DNA of 64,000 nt, taken from positions 102,928-166,927 of the forward strand of contig LCQK01000001.1 of NCBI GenBank assembly GCA_001004105.1, written 5' to 3'. How positions within the stretch are numbered: the stretch's first letter is position 1; each line of letters opens with the position of its first letter. Origin of the DNA: Candidatus Jorgensenbacteria bacterium GW2011_GWB1_50_10. GTDB taxonomy: Bacteria > Patescibacteriota > Minisyncoccia > UBA6257 > GWB1-50-10. Shown here one piece after another: positions 56,815 to 64,000 of the stretch. The translations under genes were made by a program, and so were the position numbers. Under the pieces are notes generated by a model. That model made no database searches, was not told the origin of the DNA, and saw nothing but the letters and a program-made list of their open reading frames with translations.

Positions 56815-58506
56815 ATGATTAAAACAATGAGTATAGGCGTGCTTGAACTCGCGGCGGTCGTCGGCTTTGCGGCGGTACTCGGCATTGCCGCGAAAGCACT
56901 GCGCCAGCCGGTGATTCTGGCTTATCTTGCGGCCGGGGTATTCATCGCTTATTTCGGATTCTTTAATCTCGCAAGCGAGAGCACTTTTAAAATTTTTTCC
57001 GATTTAGGAATAATGTTCCTGCTTTTTTTGGTTGGTTTGGAAATAAATTATTCGTCTTTGAGAATTGCCGGGAAGCCATCGGTGGTCGTGGGTTTGGGGC
57101 AGGTGATTTTTGCTTTCGTTATCGGCTACTTTATTGCTCTTCAGTTTGGCTTCGAGCAATTGGAGGCCGCTTACATCTCCGTCGCGCTCACGTTTTCGAG
57201 CACGATTATCGTCGTAAAACTCTTATCCGACAAAAAGGACCTGAACAGTTTGTACGGCCGGATTTCCGTCGGAATGATGCTTGTCCAGGATTTTATCGCG
57301 ATTTTCATCCTGATACTCCTCTCCGGCGTGGAAGCGGGGAAGGGGGTGGAGATTTTGCCGATCACCATCGCCGTTTTGAAAGGACTTGTCCTTGTGGTGG
57401 TGGTTTTTTGGCTGGGGAAAAGGTTTTTCCCCTGGCTTTTCGAGAAAATTGCCCGCTCCGAGGAGCTTTTATTTTTAACGAGTACGGCTTGGGTATTCCT
57501 TTTCGCCGCCGCCTTGTCCGAGCTAGGGTTTTCGATTGAAATCGCCGGACTCCTCGCGGGCTTGGCACTTGCCAATTCCTCGGAAAATTTCCAAATCGCG
57601 AGCCGCATCCGGCCCTTGCGGGACTTTTTTATCATGATTTTCTTCGTGATTTTGGGCGCTTCGCTTATTTTCACGGGCGTAAAGGATTTGGGTTTGCCGG
57701 CGGTCGTCCTTTCGCTATTCGTTCTCATCGGCAATCCGCTTATTGTCCTTATTATCATGGGGCTTATGGGTTACCGGCGGAGGACGAGTTTCCTCACGGG
57801 TATCACCACCGCCCAGATTTCGGAATTCAGCATGATTTTGGGCGCCGTAGGTTTGAAACTCGGCCATTTCGGTGAGAACGTTTTGGGGCTCATCACCGCG
57901 GTCGGGGTTGTCACCATCACCCTTTCCACTTACATGATTATTTATTCGCGGGGACTCTATAAATTTTTGTCCTGGCCGTTGCGGCTTTTTGAAAAGAAAA
58001 ACGCCAAAGAGGAAGAAATCCGCGAAGAAATCTACGAGAAGCCGATTGTGCTCGTCGGCTGCGGTCGGACGGGGGCCTCCATCGCCTACAATCTGCCCAA
58101 GGAAAAACTTTTGATCGTTGATTTCAATCCGGAGGAAATTGAAAGTTTGCGGCGGCGCGGCTACGAGGCGCTCTTCGGCGACATCGCCGATTCCGAAATT
58201 TTCGAGAAGGCGAATTTCCCGCAGGCAGCGCTCGCCATTTCCACGAGCTCCGATTTTGAGGACAATATGGTTTTCCTGGAAGAAATCAAAAAATTGCCGA
58301 GGCGGCCGAAAATCATTTTGCGGGCCGAAACAGAAAGAGAAGCGCGAGCGTTCTATGCGGCCGGGGCCGATTACGTTCTTCTGCCGCATTTCACTTCCGG
58401 TCAGTATCTCGGAAAAACTTTAGCCATTGACCCTGAGATGGAAATTTTGGATTCACTTCGGGAACGGGACTTGGCGCTCATGCAGAAAGTGAACCACGCG
58501 GTTTAG
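56815..58506 (+). CDS. cation:proton antiporter (CPA2/Kef-type) with C-terminal RCK/TrkA-N domain
   Basis: about 12 TM; IVLVGCGRTGASIAYNL Rossmann motif. Confidence 0.8.
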   Translation: MIKTMSIGVLELAAVVGFAAVLGIAAKALRQPVILAYLAAGVFIAYFGFFNLASESTFKIFSDLGIMFLLFLVGLEINYSSLRIAGKPSVVVGLGQVIFAFVIGYFIALQFGFEQLEAAYISVALTFSSTIIVVKLLSDKKDLNSLYGRISVGMMLVQDFIAIFILILLSGVEAGKGVEILPITIAVLKGLVLVVVVFWLGKRFFPWLFEKIARSEELLFLTSTAWVFLFAAALSELGFSIEIAGLLAGLALANSSENFQIASRIRPLRDFFIMIFFVILGASLIFTGVKDLGLPAVVLSLFVLIGNPLIVLIIMGLMGYRRRTSFLTGITTAQISEFSMILGAVGLKLGHFGENVLGLITAVGVVTITLSTYMIIYSRGLYKFLSWPLRLFEKKNAKEEEIREEIYEKPIVLVGCGRTGASIAYNLPKEKLLIVDFNPEEIESLRRRGYEALFGDIADSEIFEKANFPQAALAISTSSDFEDNMVFLEEIKKLPRRPKIILRAETEREARAFYAAGADYVLLPHFTSGQYLGKTLAIDPEMEILDSLRERDLALMQKVNHAV

Positions 58507-58740
58507 AGTAGTAAAATTTTCTTCCCCTCGCCAGACGGCTTCGGCTCGCGAGTCCGACCGCGGTTGGACACTAAGCTCGCTTCGTCTCCCTGGAGTTGCC
58601 GGAACGGGTAATGGCTTCGCTTGTTAACTTAGTATGCCGCCGAGCATCTCTCTGAAGTTTTTGCCACATTTCAATTTATCCCATATGGGAGAAAATGAAA
58701 TAAACAGAAGCTCGACTTAGGAAAAGAAAATTTTACTGCT
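58507..58740. repeat. 234 bp intergenic segment bounded by 18-21 bp inverted repeats (MITE-like or long-stem element)
   Basis: AGTAGTAAAATTTTCTTCC (58507-58525) vs GGAAAAGAAAATTTTACTGCT (58720-58740); internal GC-rich hairpins. Confidence 0.5.
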
Positions 58741-59140
58741 TTTTAGTTTTTATATAGGAAAGAGTAATAAGAGTACCCAGGATTCCCAGAATAATATCCA
58801 AAATCGTGTCGCCGGTCGCGCCGCCGACGGGGGTGGCGAAACCGTAAGCGTTTTTGGCGTATAAGTTCAAGCCAGCTTCGAAAATCTCCCAGATGAGAGC
58901 GGCGCCGAAGACGATAAGAAACGTTTTTAAAGAAGAGATCTCTCCCCGGAAGAAAAAAATTACGGCCAAAGCGAGCCAGGCGCCGCCTGCGAAGTGGAGG
59001 AGATTGTCAAACCAGTCGGTCGCCCTGTAAAGCCAAATTGAGCCCGCGGCGTGGCCTGCAATGACGACTAAAGTTGCAAGAACGAGGCAATTCCCCAGTT
59101 TTTGGGGGCTGTGGAAATCTTTGTTGGTAACGGAGGCCAT
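58733..59140 (-). CDS. membrane protein, hypothetical (4 TM)
   Basis: hydrophobicity pattern. Confidence 0.55.
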   Translation of the reverse strand: MASVTNKDFHSPQKLGNCLVLATLVVIAGHAAGSIWLYRATDWFDNLLHFAGGAWLALAVIFFFRGEISSLKTFLIVFGAALIWEIFEAGLNLYAKNAYGFATPVGGATGDTILDIILGILGTLITLSYIKTKKQ

Positions 59141-59248
59141 ATTTTCTATAATAAAGAGTAGGGATGTTCCATTTATTTTACTATAAATGGACTCTTAATG
59201 ATGCTAAAAGGTCGATTTCTAGAATTATAGATTAACAAAGAAAGTTTC

Positions 59249-59932
59249 ATGGTTATTCAAGATTGGCTGTCAGTGGTTGTCGGTTCACTTCAGAATTTGT
59301 GGGTCGGCGCGATTGGCGTCTTAGGCAGCATCGTCGGAGCACTTATCGTGCTCATCGTCGGTCTTATCGTTGCTTCGGGTTTGGGCGCGCTCGTGGAACG
59401 GGTGGTCGGACTCTTGAAGGTAGACAAACTCCTGTCGAACCTCGGCGTTCATGAATATTTTGAGCGCGCGGGTTTGAACATGAACAGCGGCCGTTTCGTC
59501 GGCCGGCTCGTTTACTGGTTCCTGGTGGTTGTTTTTCTTCTTGCGGCAACCGACATTCTGGGGTTCTACACTCTCTCAAACTTCTTGAGGGAAGTGCTCT
59601 TGTACATCCCGAACGTGATTGTCGCCGTGCTCATAATGCTTGCGGCGGTCGTGGTGGCGAATTTCATGCGCAATTTGGTGCGCGCCTCGGTTAAAAGCGC
59701 GAGGTTGCACGCCGCGCATTTTCTTAGCTCGCTCACCTGGTGGGCTGTGGTGCTCTTTGGGTTCTTTGCGGCTCTGTCGCAACTCGGCATCGCGGTTTCC
59801 ATCATCAACTCGCTTGTGACCGGATTTGTCGCGATGCTCGCCCTTGCCGGCGGCATTGCTTTCGGCTTGGGCGGGAAGGACTACGCCGAAGGTCTCGTGA
59901 ATCGTTTGAGAGAGCACACGGAAGGGAGATAA
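59249..59932 (+). CDS. membrane protein with duplicated conserved TM-helix motif (MscS-associated family)
   Basis: two similar halves (IVGALIVLIVGLIVA...; VAVLIMLAAVVVANFMRNL...). Confidence 0.5.
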   Translation: MVIQDWLSVVVGSLQNLWVGAIGVLGSIVGALIVLIVGLIVASGLGALVERVVGLLKVDKLLSNLGVHEYFERAGLNMNSGRFVGRLVYWFLVVVFLLAATDILGFYTLSNFLREVLLYIPNVIVAVLIMLAAVVVANFMRNLVRASVKSARLHAAHFLSSLTWWAVVLFGFFAALSQLGIAVSIINSLVTGFVAMLALAGGIAFGLGGKDYAEGLVNRLREHTEGR

Positions 59933-60017
59933 GCTTTCAGTTGTTTTGAAACCAATCCCCCACATAGATTCATTTGGGGGATTGTGTTTTTGGTGTTCTT
60001 TTGATATATTGGCTTTC

Positions 60018-60326
60018 ATGTTATTCGCAGTCATCGAAACCGGTGGAAAACAATATAAAGTTTCCGCCGGAGACAAAATTAAAGTTGAAAAGTTGGACGT
60101 CAAAGGAGACGCCGCTGTTTTTGATAAGGTGCTTTTGAAAAGCGACGGGAGCGAGGTTTTAATCGGTACGCCTCATTTGAAGGGCGCGAAAGTGGAGGGG
60201 AAAATATTGAAACAGGGGAGGACCGACAAGAAAATCGTCTTCCGCTACCACTCGAAAACCCGATACAGAAAGCTCAAAACCCACCGCCAATCTTTCACCG
60301 AGGTGGAAATCACCAAAATTTCTTAA
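60018..60326 (+). CDS. rplU: 50S ribosomal protein L21
   Basis: MLFAVIETGGKQYKVSAGDKIKVEKL; TGATATATT extended -10 upstream. Confidence 0.9.
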   Translation: MLFAVIETGGKQYKVSAGDKIKVEKLDVKGDAAVFDKVLLKSDGSEVLIGTPHLKGAKVEGKILKQGRTDKKIVFRYHSKTRYRKLKTHRQSFTEVEITKIS

Positions 60327-60919
60327 TTTCTGCTCTCCAAGGCACTTTTCAAAGTTTCTTCGTCGGCGAATTCAATTTCGCCGCCGGTCGGTATCCCGCG
60401 GCCGAGACGGGTGATTTTTTCGCTCATGCCGGCAAATTCGTTTTTAATGAGTTCGGCCGTGAAATCGCCGAGCGTGCTCGGACTCAAAGCAATGATTATT
60501 TCTTTTGCCTTGTCGCCCAGTTCTTTTTTGATTCTCTCTTTCAAATGCTCCAGCCGGAGTTTTTCCACGGATGTGAGCGTCCCGCTCTCGGCAAGTTCTC
60601 CCAAAACCAAATAATTGCCCCGGAAGACGCGGGCTTTTTCGAGCGAGATAAGGTCGGTTTCTTTTTCCACGATGGCGATGACGTTCTTTTCCCGGCGCGG
60701 GTCGGCGCAAATCCCGCAGAGATGACCGCCGGATTTGATGAAAAAGCAGTTGGGACAGCGGCCGATTTTTTTCAAGCCCGCAAAAGCGTCCTCTAGTTCC
60801 TTCAGATTATTCTTATCCAAGCCGGAGAGAAAAAAAGCGAGCCGGGTGGCGAGCCGTGGTCCGATGGAAGGAAGGCGGGAGAAAGCGTCAATGAATTTTC
60901 TAATCGGTTCGGGAAGCAT
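60323..60919 (-). CDS. recR: recombination protein RecR
   Basis: HhH N-terminus, C4 zinc finger (CPNCF...CGIC), Toprim; 198 aa. Confidence 0.9.
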   Translation of the reverse strand: MLPEPIRKFIDAFSRLPSIGPRLATRLAFFLSGLDKNNLKELEDAFAGLKKIGRCPNCFFIKSGGHLCGICADPRREKNVIAIVEKETDLISLEKARVFRGNYLVLGELAESGTLTSVEKLRLEHLKERIKKELGDKAKEIIIALSPSTLGDFTAELIKNEFAGMSEKITRLGRGIPTGGEIEFADEETLKSALESRN

Positions 60920-62266
60920 TTAAAGTTCTTGAGCGTGGCGGGTGTCAATATTGCGGAAGCTCACTTTTTCCTGGTCGAAGTGGAGTTTGACCGTGCCTAA
61001 AGGCCCGTTTCGGTGTTTGGCGATAATTATTTCCACCAGGTTTTGTTCTTCTTCGGGGGCGTCCAAAACGCCGCGGTCTTTGCGGTAGAGGAAAAGAACG
61101 ACGTCGGCGTCCTGTTCCAAGGAGCCCGATTCTCTTAGGTCCGAGAGCCGCGGCACCTTACCTTCGCGCTGGTCAACGGCCCGCGAGAGCTGGGAGACGG
61201 CGATGATGGGGATGTTCAGTTCCCGGGCGAGTGATTTTAGCCCCCTGGAAATTTCCGTGACTTGCGTCACCATATTGTCGGAGTCCGTCCGGGGCCGGAT
61301 GAGCTGAAGATAGTCAACGACGAGCAAGTCCAGGCCGTGTTCGATCTGGAGGCGCCGCGCCATGGAGCGCATCTGGAGAATATTGGGTGAGGGGGAATCA
61401 TCAACGAAAAGATTGGATTTGGAAACTTCATCCAGGGCCTGTTGGATTAGAGCGAATTCGGTGTCGCCTTCTAAGCGCCCGGTGCGGAGCCGCCAGAGGG
61501 GAATCTGGGCTTGGGTGGCGAGGAGCCGGTCGATAACCTGGTCGCGGGACATCTCGAGTGAAAAAACGCCGACCGAGTGGCCGCTCAAAGCTGCAGCCCT
61601 CGCGATATCCAAAACGAAGGCGGTTTTGCCGAAGGAAGGCCGGGCGCCGACGATAATCAAGTCGGATTTCTGAAGGCCGGATAAGATATTGTCCAAGCCG
61701 TGGAAATGAGTGGGGACGCCGCGCAGTTTGGCGCCGCCGCCCGCGTGAAGTTTTTCCAGCCGCTCGTAGGCGCCGGCCAATTCCTCCTTAATGTGGATGA
61801 ATTTCTGGGTGCGGCTGCGGCCCGAGATGTCAAAAACGCGCTGTTCCACCTGGTCGAGGAGTGATTCAAAGTCGTCGTGCTCGAGCGCCTTCTCGTTTAT
61901 TTCGGAGGAAGCGGCAATGAGGTCGCGCCGGACGCGGTTTTCCCGGACAATACCCGCGTAGTGGGCAATGTGGGCGGCGGTCGGGACGGATTCAATAAGT
62001 TCGGTCAAATAATCCACGCCGCCAATAAGTTTCAGTTCCTTTTTCTCCTTAAGGCGGTTCGAGACGGTCAGAACGTCAATCGGCTCGCCTTTTTCAAAAA
62101 GGTCCATGACGCTTTCGTAGATTTTCTGGTGGTGGGGCTGGTAAAAATCGTTGGCATCAATAATATCCGCGATTTTTATGATGGCGTTTTTGTCGAGCAT
62201 TAAAGAACCGAGGACGGAACGCTCGGCCTCAATGTCTTGAGGCGGAAGGCGAAGGTTCTTGACCAT
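60920..62266 (-). CDS. dnaB: replicative DNA helicase DnaB
   Basis: 448 aa; Walker A GARPSFGKT; DnaB N-terminal domain. Confidence 0.9.
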   Translation of the reverse strand: MVKNLRLPPQDIEAERSVLGSLMLDKNAIIKIADIIDANDFYQPHHQKIYESVMDLFEKGEPIDVLTVSNRLKEKKELKLIGGVDYLTELIESVPTAAHIAHYAGIVRENRVRRDLIAASSEINEKALEHDDFESLLDQVEQRVFDISGRSRTQKFIHIKEELAGAYERLEKLHAGGGAKLRGVPTHFHGLDNILSGLQKSDLIIVGARPSFGKTAFVLDIARAAALSGHSVGVFSLEMSRDQVIDRLLATQAQIPLWRLRTGRLEGDTEFALIQQALDEVSKSNLFVDDSPSPNILQMRSMARRLQIEHGLDLLVVDYLQLIRPRTDSDNMVTQVTEISRGLKSLARELNIPIIAVSQLSRAVDQREGKVPRLSDLRESGSLEQDADVVLFLYRKDRGVLDAPEEEQNLVEIIIAKHRNGPLGTVKLHFDQEKVSFRNIDTRHAQEL

Positions 62267-62270
62267 GGGG

Positions 62271-63689
62271 TTAAAGACGTCTCCGGATAAAGGGCCCGAG
62301 AGGCGTATCTTCTACCTCATATCCTACACTCGTTATTTTTTTTCTCAAGGCGTCGGCGCGGGCAAACTGTTTATTCCGTCTGAATAACTCCCGAGCTTCA
62401 ACTAGTTTTCTCACTTCCGGCGGTATTTTAGGCGCCACCCGGTATTTGCCGATATCGAGTCCCAAAACCTTGTCGAATTCCGTAACCAAAAGCATTTTTT
62501 CGGGTAAGGATACGTCTTTAGCATCTATTACAGCATGAAGGACAGCTAGGGCTTTGGGTGTGTTTAAATCGCCATTTAAAGCTAATGTGAAATCACGTCT
62601 ATAGTGCTCGGCTCTCTTAGAGAGTTTGAATTTTTCAACCTTTTTATTCTTTTGCCATCTTAGTGCAAAATCAGTGATAGACCGATAAATTTTCTTTAAT
62701 GCTTCTTCCGCCGCTTCTAAGCTTCCCCAAAAGAAATCAACCTTTTTACGGTAATGCGTATTTAAAACCAAATATCGGTAAGCAATCGGGTTATAACCTT
62801 TCTTTTCCAAATCGGCGAGTGTGATGAGGTTTCCTTCAGACTTGCCCATTCTTTTTTTATTAATGACTAGAAATTCGCCGTGCATCCATATTTTAGCTAA
62901 AGGTTTATTGTAAGCCGCTTGGGATTGTGCAATTTCATTTTCATGATGAGTGCCGATGTGGTCAACGCCCCCAGTGTGAATATCAAACGGTTGCCCAAGT
63001 AACTCACGAGAAATTGCCGAGCATTCAATGTGCCAACCTGGGAAACCCTTACCCCACGGCGATGACCAACTTTGAAGATGATTTTTGAAATGACCGGCAA
63101 GCTTAAACCACAGGGCGAAATCAGCCGCGTTTCTTTTCAAGGGATCTTCAACTACTTCTTTCCGAGCGGCGGTTATTTTTGCTTTTAGCGATTGTCCGGA
63201 GAGTTTTCCGTAGTTTTTAAATTTAGTTACATCAAAGTAAACTGCCTGCGGCGTTTCGTAGGCATACCCCCTCTTAAAAAGTTCCTTTATAAGCGCCTGC
63301 ATTTCTTTTATGTGTTTAGTTGCAGGGGCAAGAATAGGCGGACGTTTAATATTGAGTTTTTCAACGTCATCCAGAAATGCACGAGTATAAAAAGCTGCTA
63401 TTTGTGCCGGCGTTTTCTTTTCGGTCCTGGCTCTTTCTTCAACTTTGTCGTTGCCAGTATCAGCATCTCCGGTCAGATGTCCGACGTCAGTGATGTTCAT
63501 CACCCGTTTTACGTTGTAGCCGTTCCACTGAAGAGTTTTCTCTAGTACGTCTTCAAAAATGTAGGTCCGAAGATTCCCTATGTGAGCGTAATTGTAGACT
63601 GTCGGACCGCAGGTGTAGAGTCCCACCCAAGATTTGTGGAGCGGCTTGAGACTTTCCTTTTTTCTGGAGAGTGAATTATAAAGTTTCAT
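62271..63689 (-). CDS. cysS: cysteine--tRNA ligase
   Basis: HIGN (HIGH) and RMGKSEGN (KMSKS) motifs; 472 aa. Confidence 0.9.
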   Translation of the reverse strand: MKLYNSLSRKKESLKPLHKSWVGLYTCGPTVYNYAHIGNLRTYIFEDVLEKTLQWNGYNVKRVMNITDVGHLTGDADTGNDKVEERARTEKKTPAQIAAFYTRAFLDDVEKLNIKRPPILAPATKHIKEMQALIKELFKRGYAYETPQAVYFDVTKFKNYGKLSGQSLKAKITAARKEVVEDPLKRNAADFALWFKLAGHFKNHLQSWSSPWGKGFPGWHIECSAISRELLGQPFDIHTGGVDHIGTHHENEIAQSQAAYNKPLAKIWMHGEFLVINKKRMGKSEGNLITLADLEKKGYNPIAYRYLVLNTHYRKKVDFFWGSLEAAEEALKKIYRSITDFALRWQKNKKVEKFKLSKRAEHYRRDFTLALNGDLNTPKALAVLHAVIDAKDVSLPEKMLLVTEFDKVLGLDIGKYRVAPKIPPEVRKLVEARELFRRNKQFARADALRKKITSVGYEVEDTPLGPFIRRRL

Positions 63690-64000
63690 TATCGACTCCA
63701 GTTCAAGATAACGTCGTCAACGCGCGGCGTCAGGTTCTGGGCGGTATTGGACTCCAGGAGCACGCGGTAACGGAGATAGCGGTTGTTTTTAATCCAGGCG
63801 CGGTCGCAGTCGGAAATTACAATCGGCGAGTCCGGTCCTGGACAAGAAGCACCGAAATATCCTCCGGTGTCACCCGAACCGTCGCAGGCGGCATCCGGCC
63901 CCCAATAGTTCCACGGGCCGCCGGAGGAGTTAGAAACCGCAATCTGGAATTTGGTGCAGGTGCCAGATGGTTGTGAGCCCTGCCAGATGACGCTGTTTAA
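63689..64000 (-). CDS. 3' end of a minus-strand gene continuing beyond the window (secreted/Gly-rich hypothetical)
   Basis: reverse-complement frame open from the window edge to a TAA overlapping the cysS ATG (TAATG); sensible translation ...RYLRYRVLLESNTAQNLTPRVDDVILNWSR*. Confidence 0.45.
   Translation of the reverse strand, partial: LNSVIWQGSQPSGTCTKFQIAVSNSSGGPWNYWGPDAACDGSGDTGGYFGASCPGPDSPIVISDCDRAWIKNNRYLRYRVLLESNTAQNLTPRVDDVILNWSR

Noticed and set aside
63671-63976. 101 aa + ORF at the window end
   Set aside because: The reverse strand gives a continuous, protein-like frame ending in TAATG with cysS. The + ORF was rejected in favour of a partial minus-strand gene.

Overview
A 64 kb contig at about 50 % GC, compact and almost entirely coding. 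The likely host is a small-genome bacterium; the competence-pilus cluster, the monomeric PheRS and the leaderless TGnTATAAT promoters suggest a CPR/Patescibacteria-like lineage, but this is inference. Host backbone: a complete type IV (competence) pilus locus (comF; pilM/N/O; pilB; pilT; pilC; two pilins; pilD; four minor pilins) followed by ligA, gatCA, seven tRNAs, recG, a CCA-adding enzyme, a Glu/Leu dehydrogenase-family enzyme, pyruvoyl arginine decarboxylase, truB, a glycerate-to-PEP module (glycerate kinase, ppsA, 2-hydroxyacid dehydrogenase, eno), rplU, recR, dnaB and cysS. Embedded in this are compositionally distinct blocks at roughly 60-65 % GC. Positions 1-4350 hold two paralogous outer-membrane beta-barrel-like proteins, a secreted protein and a lipoprotein. 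Positions 33.9-37.4 kb hold pyrF, a pyrE-like gene and hypotheticals just after tRNA-Ala. Further high-GC genes lie at 44.2-44.9 kb and 46.1-47.1 kb. From about 37.4 to 46.0 kb there is a defence/addiction island. It contains a candidate ~340 nt ncRNA and an ArsR-like regulator with a duplicated palindromic operator. It also contains an HTH-Doc toxin-antitoxin pair, an AbiEi/AbiEii pair and a RelE/ParE pair. Two PD-(D/E)xK-like proteins, an HD hydrolase and repeated 23-83 bp boundary repeats lie there as well. The most unusual object in the island is a restriction-modification-like pair whose DNA methyltransferase is fused to a complete LexA-type HTH + S24 autopeptidase module, with a perfect 17 bp palindrome over its promoter. 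Other notable signals are listed in the findings. A ~50 bp palindromic element is inserted in frame in both comF and ligA. Heptanucleotide tandem repeats sit at the 5' ends of minor pilin genes. The PheRS is mitochondrial-type (PheS fused to an FDX-ACB domain). An aberrant CAT tRNA-like element abuts pheS. One secreted protein is built from about eight Cys4 repeats. No rRNA, CRISPR array, integrase or transposase was seen.
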